Below, piece after piece: positions 34,701 through 48,839 of a DNA stretch of 64,000 nt (position 1 is the stretch's first letter; every line of letters begins with the position of its first letter). The translations under genes were made by a program, and so were the position numbers. The notes beneath the pieces are model-generated. The model had not been told where the DNA came from and searched no databases. It saw only the letters and a program-made list of their open reading frames with translations. Source of the DNA: Chrysomallon squamiferum (taxonomy: Eukaryota > Animalia > Mollusca); contig CM022672.1 of NCBI GenBank assembly GCA_012295275.1, forward strand, positions 34,472,001 through 34,536,000. Reading direction: 5' to 3'.

Positions 34701-36087
34701 AATAATAACCCTGTATCTCTGAAAGTGTTTAAGTACTTAATGGACAGCATTAAACAGTTCAGTATTGTTGACTAATAAACAAAAATAAGGCAAAGAGAAC
34801 ATTTACTTGTATTACTCTAATTTGTCTTTCATCCTCTTCTGCAAAGCATCTCCTGTAAATAACATCTTGTGTCCGTCCATTTTCATTTTTTTTTTTTTTT
34901 TTGTCATTTGTTTCCTGTTCTGCCTGCTTTGGAATTAATAACACTATTTTCAGATTGTCTTTTATGTTTGTGGTGTGTGATGACTTTAAACTGAGTATTA
35001 ACTGAAAAGAGTATTAACGTTTTAAAAGAACAAAGACTTACATCAGTTGAAATTGGCATTGACAGAATGATAGGACGTTCATTCTCTTGATAAATAATGA
35101 TCAATGATAATAATAACATTAGATGATAAAATGATAATGATAACATAAGATCATTTTACAGGCATTACATAGAAAAATATTTTGAATATAATCAGTGCTG
35201 CTGTTAATTAATTAATAAGAATTAAAAATAAAATAATTATCGTCAAGCCGTTTCTGTTAATAGGTATATCAGCTTGTTATTCATAATTTGTGACTTTTTA
35301 TTCTTTGTGATGGTGATGCTGGTGTTTGACAAATGTTATCAGAAGGTGATAATTTGGATAAAACTGAACTGAAACACTGAAATAGACTTGTGAAAGACTG
35401 TGATCCTCCAAATCATGTGAACTTGATGATGTGAAAATACTTTCAGGACTGGTGAGATCATGTTTGGAAAATGTTGTAAGAAAATACGAAATTGTGCAAT
35501 ACGAGAATCAGACATTTTGAAAGAATGCTTCTCTCACTGTGATCTGTTAAAACTGTATTGTGTGGAAATTTCCAAATTTCACAAGAATTGTTTTAAAAAA
35601 TATTAGCCATTGTACAAAAGTAGGAAATCTTCTTCAACTATGTGATATGGGAAGGTTGTTGGAATTTCAGAGTCAGAAAAAACTGACAACAGTTAACAGA
35701 ATGTAAAACCACATTATGAACTGTTTTACTGTGTTAGACATTTAATTTCTGTTTAAAAGAAAAAGAAAAAAAAAAAAAAAAAAGAACTGACAACAATGAA
35801 CTGTTTTTGTTTGTGTAGGTTTTTTTTTTCATTTCTGTTAACAAAAAACTTGTGAATCATTTGACTTAGAATTCAACGAGTTAAAAATCTGATTTGATAC
35901 TGTGCTTCACCATGTTTGTGCAATATAGAATTAGTTGTGATGTCTCAGTGATATCAGTAAAACATTTTTGTTTAAAAAAAAACAACATAAAAACCACAAT
36001 TTCTGTCAGAATGTTTTGTAAAAGATATCGCGACAGATAATCAAGATTCTTAAATTTTTTGGTCTTCCTGAAAAATGTTTTGTTTTT

Positions 36088-36126
<39 letters not shown>

Positions 36127-36667
36127 TTATTTTTATTTATTTAGTTATTTATTTAATTTTATGTTATTTTATTTTATTTATTTTTATTTTTTTTTTTTTT
36201 ATTTTTTTTTATTTTATTTTTTTTTTTTTTTTTTTTTTTTTATTTTTTTCATATTTTGGCATATGTATTATTTTCTAGTTGATGGAAAATGTGAGGTGTT
36301 TTTTTTTTTTTTTTTTACATTTTCTTTGGTGAACAGTTGTGTGTAGGATTTTTGAAATATGTCGCATTACTGTTTTAAATAAACAGATATTTTTAAAATA
36401 CTGCCAGTAATTTTAATTAACTAACCTTAAATTTCTTCATACATTAATATACTAAAATAAATCAATTTCATTTTTAGTAGAAGACAGAAAACTAAGCTGT
36501 TTTGAGTAATTTGAAATGGATTGTTTCATATTTATGGGTTTTTCGTTTGGTTATTTTTCCTTTTGAAAGATGCTTTTTGAAACTTGAAGGGCATGAAAAT
36601 AGTTTGATGTTTATTTAGCTTGTATATCATATTAATATTATTTTTATTTAAATTTATTTACTTGGTA

Positions 36668-36709
<42 letters not shown>

Positions 36710-37018
36710 TATTCATTCATTTATTTTATTCTTTGGGAGTGATGTAAGATCTGTTTTAAATAAAAACAACATGCATTAAAAATTAAAAGTTAAAAAATAA
36801 ATAAAAAAAGCAATGAAACAATGATAAAATAATGACAAACAATTTTTTTCTCTTTTTTAAACCTTTAAGTATTATATTAAAAATAAATGATAAAAATATT
36901 GTTTTGGTTTATGCGTGATAGTCTGTTGAATAAACATAAATGATGCATGCAAGTGTGATTATTGTTACTTCTGCCATTTGTCAAACAGTACCAAAGATTT
37001 ATGTGATTAAAATGAGAT

Positions 37019-37032
37019 GAATAAATAAATAA
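37019..37032 (+). terminator. Candidate SUCO polyadenylation signal cluster
   Basis: Overlapping AATAAA hexamers followed by GT/T-rich sequence; CpG dinucleotides become more frequent around and after this point. Other AATAAA sites exist upstream, so this is tentative. Confidence 0.3.
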
Positions 37033-38447
37033 AACCTTTCAAATTATTATGTGAATTTGTCCTCTTTGCACTTGTACTATACGAATGGTTTTTGCGTTAT
37101 CTCAAATTAACAGGTGTTGTGTTAAAATTCATGTTACTGTCAAATACCATGTTATTTATTATTTTGTAGCATCATATATGTTAATTTGTAGGTCTTTATC
37201 ATTTTGTTTGAAACATATTTTGTTGTCGTGGAAATGAATTAATCAGCAGGATTATATCGTTTTGTTAAAAATAATAATTTATTATTGCGTATTATTCGAC
37301 AGTGAAAAAAAAAAAAAAAAAAAAAATGACATAAGAATAATGATATAATAATAAAAAGTATGAAAACAACTTTAATATTGTGTCGCATATTCTCACATTA
37401 TTAGCATAAATTAGCATAGATTAAAATGTTAAGTGAAGTTCACCCATTATCAATATTCCAGTATAAACTAGTAAATGATGCTAAGCTGTATCAACAGTAT
37501 TAGATAAACACACTATTTTAATTTCATGCCTTCTCCAGTTTTCAAAACATACAAGCTGTAGTTAATAATGTAACAGTTGAACTGTGCTGCTATTGTCCCA
37601 GTTTAGCAGTACAAACTGAATTCTGCAAATAAATAAAATGTACATATTGACTGGGTGTTAAATTATTAATATAAACTTTTATTGCTCCGTCATGTCAGAA
37701 TGTTGTAAACTGCTTCAATAGTGAACTTTAACAATGTCGCACACTAAAAATGATGTTTTCGTTAAAATAGGGTTAAAGTTTTACACAGACACACACACAA
37801 ACTAAAACAAAACAGAGAGAGAGGGAGAGAGAGAGAGGGAGAGGGAGAGGGAGAGGGAGAGAGAGGGAGAGAGAGAACTTTATCTGGTTATTTCATCTTA
37901 CATATAGATTTGAAATTATATATTTATCCTGTAGCCAACACATTGCTATAGTTTAACTGTATAATTTCATACATATATGTAACAAATATAAATAATAATA
38001 AAATAAAAATAGATAAATAACAAAAATCAATATTTAATATGCTATGTATTTAAATAAATATATGTATGCGTTGAAATTGTAAACAAGAGTTTTTTTCTGA
38101 AATAGAAGATAGCCTAATACAAATGATGATTTTTATATATTTTTTTATATATCTTTTTTTTTTTTTTTAAATTGTTGTTAAATGGAAATTATTTATATAT
38201 TTATACCAGACGTTTTCTACTTCAGAAAAACATGAATTTTAACCTTTTTTTTTAAATAATCCTATGTGAACTGCACAAGTGAATTTAATGATCTTTAAAA
38301 GAGACTTATCAGAAATGTTCTTTACAATGAATTAAATAAATAATTGAAATTTAAAAATTAAAATATGTGTATTCTTTGAAAAACACAAATAAAATGATAA
38401 TAAAAAAGTATAATTTTGGTTCTTAGGGTTTCTTCTTCTTCTTCTTC

Positions 38448-38496
<49 letters not shown>

Positions 38497-38844
38497 GTTA
38501 TTATTATAAAACTAAGGTTAAGGTTTAAACTGCATTGAAAGTGAATATTATCACTCTTTGTTACCATGTTTTGAATATAAACTGCCTGTTCTAATTAAAA
38601 TAAAATGAAATGTATAATGAAATATATATAGATAAGCTTGATATCTGATGAATCCAGGAGACATTTTAATAGCACCAAAATTATTATAATATGAGATAAT
38701 GTAATATTATTGTTATTGTAACAACCTGATTGGAATGACAGGTGAATAACATTATTTTATAAACCAGTTTACACCTGTTCATTTTAGATGTCCAACAAAA
38801 GATGCTATTTTATTTACAACAGAATATATTATTTACTAAATAAA

Positions 38845-38894
<50 letters not shown>

Positions 38895-40145
38895 AGTTAT
38901 GTTAATAAAGACAGCAGAATGCATAAGAATATTAAGACTTTGTTAGTTTCTGTCGATAACTTGTAAACAGGCAACAATATGCATTACCTTTTAATTATTA
39001 ACAGAATTTTAAAAATTTTAGGAATTTTGAATATAATTAAGATGGGAAATTTTTATTAGTACGATTTTTAGAACTGTAGATATTAACTGTTTTTATTTAT
39101 TAACAACTGCAAAGACCATTTAAAAAATAATAAATAAATAAATAATAATAAGATAATGCAAACATATATTATTAGCAGCATTTCAGTCTTTGAATAACAA
39201 TTTTGCTGGTTAAATAGGACGTTACACAATTTTTCTTCTTATTCTTTCAATAAAAAGTAAAATTAAAGTAAACTAAATTAAAAAAAATCACCTCAGATGC
39301 AAATTGTTTTTAAAATGTTTTTACTTTAACAGTATTTAAATACATTTTTAAAGAAAAATACATAAACATATAATAATGCATGAGGAATAAGTGTATAATT
39401 AAAACTTACAAACAAGTAAATAGTTATTAATGTAAAGATATCACTAACAAATTTGTATTTAGAATTAATATAGAAATATTTAAAAAAAAAAAAAAAAAAA
39501 AAAAAGAAACAAGATTTGATAGATAAATTAATAAACAAGAAAGACATGAAGAACACTTTTGTTTTTGTTACAAATAAATAAAAATCACAACTTTAATATT
39601 ATTTTACAAACACCGATATAATTATTATAAAAATTTCAAAAAAACAATCATACATTTGTTCAGTGTACTAACTTGTTCTTATACAAATATTATAAAATAT
39701 ATTAAAAACATAAATAAAATCTCACACATACAAAATATCATTTAAACCAATTATAAAAACAGAGAATCATTTAGCTTCATAACAATAATATTAAAACCAA
39801 CTTCAAATTTTACTGGAATAATGCCTTAAGGAATGCAATTTAAGAAATGGAATTGACAAGTAAATAAAATAATATTCGTTTGACATTATATATATATATA
39901 TATATATATTATAATTGTTGTTAAATGTAATTCATTTAAATGAAAGATAATATGAAATAATATTTCAAGTAATCAGAAATCACAAGTAAATACATTAAGA
40001 ACTTGGATATTAAAAGTAACTTTTTAAAATTTATTTTCATAAGTTAACATATCTTAAATGGCCGCCATTATATATTGAGAGTTATGGCCCTTTCAAGCAG
40101 TTATAAAAACAGTATATCTTCTAACTAGGACTGATTATTATTAAT

Positions 40146-40183
<38 letters not shown>

Positions 40184-41615
40184 TATTTTTTTTTTTCTTC
40201 TTTTTCTTTTCTCTCTAATCTACTTTATTATTTCTTACTAATATATATATATATATATATATGGGTTTTTTCCATTCCAGAAATGTTTGGAATACAAGCA
40301 CCAGACCATTTATGGTCTCAAACTTGGGATTGGAGGTGAACCACATTTCTCAATTTGTTAGATTTCCAGATACAGGCTAAATATTTACTCAAAAATATAA
40401 AATAAACACAAATAAATAACGTTATTTATAAGGAGTCGTCTTTTAAAGATATATTTAAACCTATGGAAGACTAGACTAGATTTCATTGTTCTTGAACAAG
40501 CAAATCACAAACAAACCAAACTAATTACTTTCTCATTGCAGCAGCTTTCTGATAATCTCAGTGGTATACACATTTTATAAAACCTGTTTTGTGCTCTTTC
40601 AATGTTTTAAATGGAGTTAGTGATGTGATGACTTATATAATGTTTTATAAAATTAATGTAATAAATTGTTGTTCAACATAATATAATTACATAATCAGAT
40701 TTAACATTTCACTCAGAGGTTTCAAAAATTTTAATGTAATTTCTGTTAAGATTTTTTCTCTAAGCTATAAACCTGTAATAGTATTTACACTTAAAACCAG
40801 TTTTATCATGTATGTCTAATATAAATGAGTAATTCAGAATTAAAGTGATTTTCTCATTTAGCTGATAATACAGAAACTGCATACCAAAACAGCTGACAAA
40901 AATAATAATTAATTTAAAATAAATAAATAAATAAACAAAGGTATTTAAAAGATGTCTAAAAAAATAACCATCAGAGTTATGTCCCTTCAACCAGTAAACT
41001 GTCATTAGTTTCATTTTATGATTATTTATTAAGGCTAGTGGATTTACACTGCAATTATAAAATTCAGATCATAACAAAATTAATCTTCAAATTTATGTGT
41101 CACTGTTGAGACAAAGAAATAATCTAAATGTATTAAAAATACTTCCAAGATGTGTTTCATTTGTCTTTTGGTTTCCAGGGTTAATTAAAAACTAACTGAA
41201 ATATCCAACGATTAAAAAAAGATTAAAAAAACACAACAGTTTATCAGCAGTTGTTAAAATATCATGTAGAGAATGCACTGATTTTGTACAGTTTTCTCTA
41301 GTGCTCTCAGACAAATGAAGGAAAGAAAGAACACAGAATCATACAAGAAGCCACCACTACTCCATATGTGAAGATACAAAGATTATATAAAACATATAAG
41401 AAAAAGTATTAAAATATTCACATTAACAGATATTTAAAATAATAATGCAGTTCACAATATTCGTGAGATATGCTATGCTACCCAACTCTTCTAAGCCTAC
41501 ATATGTATGTAACAGTATACATATAAAATGGTATTACATACACACGCACACAAACACACACATACATGTATTTATATATACATACATATTAAACACACAC
41601 ATATATATATAAAAC

Positions 41616-42107
41616 GTTGATCCTCAATTTCATGGACTACTATAGGGGGAGCATCAAACTGGATAATGCAAAAGTCTGGGTATTCGACAGTGTAAAAATT
41701 AACCAAACCGTAAGCTGTAATATACATAACTGATATATAATATTCATAATTGCTATATATATAATAAGAACTATAATAAAATAAGAACAAAACAGAGACA
41801 TAAAAACAAAGTAAACACAGCACATGTAAAGAAAACTGTGCAGCAGAAACATTCAGGCTGGACTGACTGAAGTGAGCTGGGTTAGGAGGTTTGTGGGTGC
41901 AGTTGTAAAATTTCATCTTACTCTGCTGTTAAGTGGATTGAGAGAGGGTTGCTGTGATCATGTAGTGGACCTCAGAATAACTTAACAGTGCACAGGGGTG
42001 AGGTTTCAAGTGTGAATTGGGGGCAAGTTAAATTTTTTTGTTTTACCAGATTTTGTGTGGATTTTCTGGAAATTAGAAAATCGAGGTCCATGAAATTGAT
42101 GTTCAAC
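41616..42107. mobile_element. About 490-bp TIR-bounded non-autonomous DNA element
   Basis: Left gttgatcctcaatttcatggac versus reverse complement of right end gttgaacatcaatttcatggac; no ORF; flanked by microsatellites. Confidence 0.6.
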
Positions 42108-43139
42108 ATCACATAGATATATAGATGTGTGTGTGTGTGCCTATGTCTGTGTGTGTGCCTGTGTGTGTGTGTGTGTGTCTGTGTGTGTGTCTGTGTGTGT
42201 GTGTGTCTGTGTGTGTGTCTGTGTGTATGTGTGTGTGTGACTGTGCATGTGTGTGTGTGACTGTGCATGTGTGTGTGTGTGTAAAAACAAAATATTTATT
42301 AACAAATTTCAATGGCAAATAAAAATATATAACAACCATTAAAAACAAAGAATAACACTTTTTGATTATTGCATATTATAAAATCAATCAAGGCATTTAT
42401 GTGAATAAAGCTTATTTTATAAATAAAAATAACAATCACCCTTTTCAACTTTGTTGTTTGCTAGATCAAAATCATCTAGTATATTTAAAAAAAAAAAAAA
42501 AAAAAAAAGAAAGTTAATATAAAAATTTATAATGCTGATAAATTAATAAATATTTCTTTCCTATTAAATATTCATTTATTCATTTAACCAGCACCTAATC
42601 ATAGCAATATAAAAATATTTAATGTTGCAGGAAGCTTTAAAAAATCTCTTTAAATAATAAATATCAATTTAGCCATTTAACCAGCACCAAAAAAAAATAA
42701 ATAGCAATACAAAGTTTAAATATTTCTTTCATATTAAATACGAATTTATCCATTTAGCCAGAATCTAAAAATAGCAATATGAATATTCATAATGCTGAAT
42801 AAAACATAAAACATCTCTTGTACATATATTAATTTATCCATTTAGCCAGCTCCTAATATTAAAATTCAATCAATGTTTTATTCATCAGCATAAAACTGTG
42901 TTTAAAACTGTGTAATGTTTGTTTTTATCTGCAAAGAAGTTTGACCTATTAACAAACAACCAAACATGCATAAAACAAGTAGTAACAGCAGATTTGATTT
43001 AAAATAAATTATAATTTTGTGATTTAAAAATCTGGAGATAAATAAGTGTACGAAATCTAAAAGACACCTGAAACTGCTCACATTTAGATTTTGTTGTAGA
43101 GTTGACTTTGAAACAGAAAGATAAAAGATAAAAGATTAA

Positions 43140-43169
43140 AATAATAATAATAATAATTAAAATAATTAA

Positions 43170-43213
<44 letters not shown>

Positions 43214-43266
43214 TAAAAATAATAATAATAATTAAAATAATAATAATAATAATAATAGTAATAATA

Positions 43267-43297
<31 letters not shown>

Positions 43298-43300
43298 TAG

Positions 43301-43331
<31 letters not shown>
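43140..43331. repeat. (AAT)n-type trinucleotide microsatellite; similar tracts at about 2219, 4013, 9423, 10483, 10947, 34490, 50779 and 55288
   Basis: Directly visible. Confidence 0.9.
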
Positions 43332-43808
43332 GTCAAAGAAATCACATCAAGTAAAGAAAGGAAAAAAAAATAAAATTCAAGTCATTTCCTTTTGTAACAT
43401 TAAAAACTGAACAGAAAAAAAAACCTAAAAAGTAAAAAAAAAATAATTTTAAAATAAAATTCAACCTATCTATATATTTAATATAGAATTGACATTAAAA
43501 CAAAATTTAGTTATAATACTACTAATTTTTATGTGCAACATAACCTAGCAGTAAAACAGTAAAGAATTTTAACAAACCTAGATTTAAAAAAAAGAAAGAA
43601 ATCTTTAAAAAGAAAAGAAAATGTTAAAATTCCACCATTTGTAATTCAGGTTGACATATAAACTTTTTTTTAAAGTTAATTTAAAAACTCAACATCAGTG
43701 TAAACAGATCTTCATCCATTAAATTAATGGAATCTTTTCTTCCATCTCTGCCTTGAATCCTGAAAACTTCCTGAAAGGGAGGTAACTAACAGTGATCACA
43801 GATGGAGT

Positions 43809-43835
43809 CTAAAGGCGCATCAGTCTGATGATTTC
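43809..43835 (-). CDS. AFMID: AFMID terminal coding exon (EIIRLMRL*)
   Basis: ttgcAG|GAA ATC ATC AGA CTG ATG CGC CTT TAG; phase 0; a short C-terminal helix, as expected for the family. Confidence 0.75.
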   Translation of the reverse strand, partial: EIIRLMRL

Positions 43836-44092
43836 CTGCAATATTAGGTTATCTTGTGTTACAGACACATTTGATTATATGGTTATTTTGTTATATGTCA
43901 ATGTGGACCATAACTGTACTCATATATTAATTTTATTTAGAGTGTATTAAATACATTTTAATGCTATGATTAAAGTCAAACAAAAAAAATATTTAATAAA
44001 AAAGAAATATATATATTTTAAAATGTTGAAAAAATAAATCTCATATTTGGAAAATTATAAGCTGATTTTTTTTTTTCTTTGATGGAAGAAAA

Positions 44093-44138
<46 letters not shown>

Positions 44139-44856
44139 ATCTCAATTTGTAAAATTCTAAGTTGATTTAATTTTCAAAATGTTTCCTTTCCAAAATATTT
44201 TATTATGAGACAACTAATTTTTACCTAAGCTATCAGAGAAAAAAAATCAAGCTCTGGTTATGAGAGACTTCAATGCACAAGAATGGAAAAAAAAAAATGG
44301 CAATAGATAAAACTTTCAATAAACAGAAGAAATGAAAAAAGTGACACATTGGGTAACATCATAAAACCATGAAAAACATATTTAAAAAAAAACACAGAAA
44401 AAATGGACAAGAAAATGGAGCAGATAAGAACACATTCGACAAGCCAAACAGCGTGAAGAATTGGAATAAAACGAGCCCAGCAGCAATACCTTGGTTAACT
44501 TGTAGTTCTCTCTCTGTAGTTTTTCTATTACATCAAAGTGATCTACATCAGGAACATCAACAAACCTTGTCTTCACTCCTCTGCTTCTCAACTCCTGAAA
44601 AACCAGCAGATTTCAAACACTCGTCTTAAACTGAAGTTTATTATGGGAAAAAATAAATAAACAGAAATAAAAACTATTATAGAAAAATGGTGAAGTTTAA
44701 CAACAACAACAACAACAATAATAATGGTAATAAAAGTAATAATAACCATAGAAATAGAAGTTGTAGTAAGAATAATAATAATGATGATGGTGATGATGAT
44801 GATGATTACTTTAATGATAGTTGTAGTAGTGGTAATATAAATATACTAATATACTA

Positions 44857-44889
<33 letters not shown>

Positions 44890-47800
44890 TCAGAATAATA
44901 ATATAATAATAATAGTAATAATAATAATGGTTATGGTAATTTTAGTATTATAATAATAATAATAATAATGATTATGGTAATTTTAGTAATAACAACAGCA
45001 TAATAATAATAATAAGATGAAGAATAACACAACAACAACAACAACAATGTTAAAACCAAATAAAAAAACCTTTTCCATTTCTGCGCTCTGTCTTCTGAAC
45101 TCTGGTGGGTCGTACTCTGCCACAGCGAGCAGAATATCCCGTTCCTGACTCTGAGCAGCAATCTCACTGACAAAGTTGTACGGACTCAGTCTCCAAGCTT
45201 CAGTCCTGAAACAGTCCACACAAGTGTAAGACAAGATTTTAAATCTCAGCTTGTGTCTCTGACCAGTCTACTACTCACAGTCACTGTTGTAATGTGGTAC
45301 AGAAAACTGCAGTCTTTTTACAGATTCCGTTTTATTTATTAGCAATAAAGTTTCCATTATTTACTCCTTTCCATCGACAGGAAAAAATGAATTAGGGCTA
45401 CTGTTAAACGCTAGTGATATAGTAATACTAGTAATACAGCAGTAGAAATGGTTGTACTAGTTATAGTAGTGGTAGTAGAGGAAGTAGTAGTAGTGATTGT
45501 AGTATTGGTAGAGGTAGCTGTTGTTGTAGTAATGGTTGTTTTAATAGTACTAGTGGTGTTGGTAGTATTAGAGGTAATTGTAGCAGAAGTGCTAATGGTT
45601 GCAGTAGTAATGGTAGCAACTGTAGGAGTAATGGTAGTTGTAGTAAAGGCAGCAGTAGTAATAATAATGGTGGTAGTATAGTATTAGTGAAATGTGGAGC
45701 ACTGGAATAAAAACAGCCTAAATAACATTTCAAAATCAGCTGTGATTTAAAAAGAAGATTATTACAGTTTAAATTAACAGTTTTAATCAAATTAAACAGT
45801 AGAATAAAATAAATATATATCACAAAATCATTAATAAAGGTTTGTGAAATTGTTCTTAATATTCTAAACTGAATAATGAATTACCTATAGTTAACCTTAA
45901 ATTTAGGAGTTTACACATTAATTTTCAAATTTATTAAAATATGTAACACTTTATCTAATTATAATATCCATTTAAATCAAAATAAATAAAAAAAAAAAGT
46001 AAATAAACAAATTTAAAAATAAAAAATAAAATGAAAAAAAAAAAAATTAAAAAAAATGTAAAAAATTTAAAAAAATAATAACAACTAATTAACTAAATAA
46101 ATAAATAAAACAAAACAAAACAAAAAAAAAAAAAAAAAACAACTCAATTTAAAAAAAAAAAATAAAAAAAAAATAAAAAAAAAGAGGTTTAAAAAAAAAA
46201 ATAAAAAAGTGGTTTGAACCATAAATAAATAAAAAATAAATAAAACAAAACAAAACAAAACAAAACAAAAGTAAAACAAAACAAAAAAGAAATCTTTACT
46301 TTTTTTTTTTGTTGACAGTGGTTTGAACCAGTGGTCTCAGATCATACAAAAACTAACAAGAAAAACAAAAGTAAAAAAAAAAAACCATCATGTATATCCT
46401 CAAGTCTTTGAATTGTTCTCACAGAAACGAAGACTGAAGATAATTGAACCAAAAATATTTAGAAAGTTTTGATTTAGGAATTTCTGATTCTTGGCTTACA
46501 ATCAGTTTTTGGATAGGATCCTAGTTGAAAAATAAAATATATTTCATACAAATGAAAAATAAAAAAATTATGTGAATAAAATGAAGTTGGTTATATGATA
46601 AATCATCTGAAAACTATAAAATAAAAGATATTTTCACTGGAAAAGTTTGGACTTTTGTACCCATCATGTCTGTTAAAATAAAAACTTGCACATTCTCAAA
46701 AGCTAAAATTTAAAAAAGTAATAATACCAGTTACAAATTAAGATCTAACTGATTTACCTCAAAATTATTGTTTTTAAATGTTTTATTTTGTCAAAATAGA
46801 AAGTAACAAATTCATCAGTGACACTAATTCGAGAACACATCAATAATTATCTGAAAAACACTATCAGTGTATTAACGACTGACAAATTTAGAGAAACTGA
46901 AACTAGCTGCCAACCTTTGATAATTTCTGAGTCAAACGCATCATCCTCAGAGAACTCACAGGACAGAACCATAGCACACAGATGTGCACCAGCAGAGTGT
47001 CCACACAGATACACACCTCTGTAATACAAATACACACCTCTGTAATACAAATACACACCTCTGTAATACAAATACACACCTCTGTAATACAAATACACAC
47101 CTCTGTAAAACAAATACACACCTCTGTAATACAAATACACACCTCTGTTAAACAAATACACACCTCTGTAAAACAAATACACACCTCTGTAAAACAAATA
47201 CACACCTCTGTAATAACACCTCTGTAAACAAAATACACACCTCTGTAATACACACACACACCTCTGTAAACAAATACCTCTGTAATACACACATCTGTAT
47301 ACAAATACACCTCTGTAAACAAATACACACCTCTGTAATACACACCTCTGTAAAACAAATACACACCTCTGTAATACACACCTCTGTAAAACAAATACAC
47401 ACCTCTGTAAAACAAATACACACCTCTGTAATACACACCTCTGTAAACAAATACACACCTCTGTAATACACACACATCTGTAAACAAATACACACCTCTG
47501 TAAAACAAATACACACCTCAGTAAAACAATTGTTTATCTAACATACATCTGTAAACAAATACACACCTCTGTAAAACAAATACACACCTCAGTAAAACAA
47601 TTGTTTATCTAACATACATCTGTAAACAAATACACACCTCTGTAAACAAATACACACCTCTGTACACAAATACACACCTCTGTAAAGCAAATACACACCT
47701 CTGTAAAACAATTGTTTATCTAACATATATCTCACCTCTGTAAAACAAATACACACCTCTGTAAACAAATATATATCTCACATACAAACAAATAAATACC

Positions 47801-48786
47801 TCTGTAAAAGAAATACACACCTCTGTAATACAATTGTTTATCTAACATACATCTGTAAACAAATACACACCTCAGTAAAAGAAATACACACCTCTGTAAT
47901 ACAAATACACACCTCTGTAAAACAATTGTTTATCTAACATACATCTGTACACAAATACACACCTCTGTAAAACAATTGTTTATCTAACATACATCTGTAC
48001 ACAAATACACACCTCTGTAAAGCAATTGTTTATTTAACATACATCTGTACACAAATACACACCTCTGTAAAACAATTGTTTATTTAACATACATCTGTAC
48101 ACAAATACACACCTCTGTAAAACAATTGTTTAGTTAACATACATCTGTACACAAATACACACCTCTGTAAAGCAATTGTTTATTTAACATACATCTGTAC
48201 ACAAATACACACCTCAATTGTTTATTTAATATACATCTGTACACAAAACAATTGTTTATTTAATATACATCTGTACACAAATACACACCTCTCAGTTGTT
48301 TATTTAAAAACTGTATGTCTGTGTGTCTGTTGTTTAAAAGCAATTGTTTATTTAATATACATCTGTACACAAATACACACCTCTGTAAAACAATTGTTTA
48401 TTTAAATACATCTGTTTATTTACAATAAAACAATTGTTTATTTATACATCTGTCATGTCTGTGTGTCTGTCTGTACACAAATACACACCTCTGTAAAACA
48501 GTTGTTTATTTAACATAAAAAAAAAATTAAAAATTGAATCTGAAAATACACACCTTTGTAAAGCAATTGTTTATTTAATTACATCTGTACACAAATAAAC
48601 AGATATGCAATTGTTTTTGTCAATCCAGTAAAACAATTGTTTATTTAACATACATCTGACACAGACAATTGTTTATTTAACATACAGACAAATACACAAC
48701 TCAAAAAAAAAAAAAAACACGAAGATAATTCCCTATATAATTAGATAAACAGATATGCTGTTTGTCAATCCAGAGAGAGAGAGACA

Positions 48787-48839
<53 letters not shown>

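Noticed and set aside
34487-36346. Poly-Leu/Ile/Phe 'membrane protein' ORFs here and at 6899, 9353, 32338, 45448 and 50717
   Set aside because: Translations of (AAT)n, (TTTA)n and (GTA)n simple repeats.
40050-41000. Fragments such as gagttatggccct and gagttatgtccct that suggest an old interspersed repeat
   Set aside because: I could not define termini or a second alignable copy, so support is insufficient for a feature call.
46903-47516. 200-aa repeat-protein ORFs (ITEVCIC/QRCVFV/QIHTSV frames) as independent genes
   Set aside because: They arise from the 21-bp minisatellite; only the RGVYL frame is continuous with real AFMID coding sequence.
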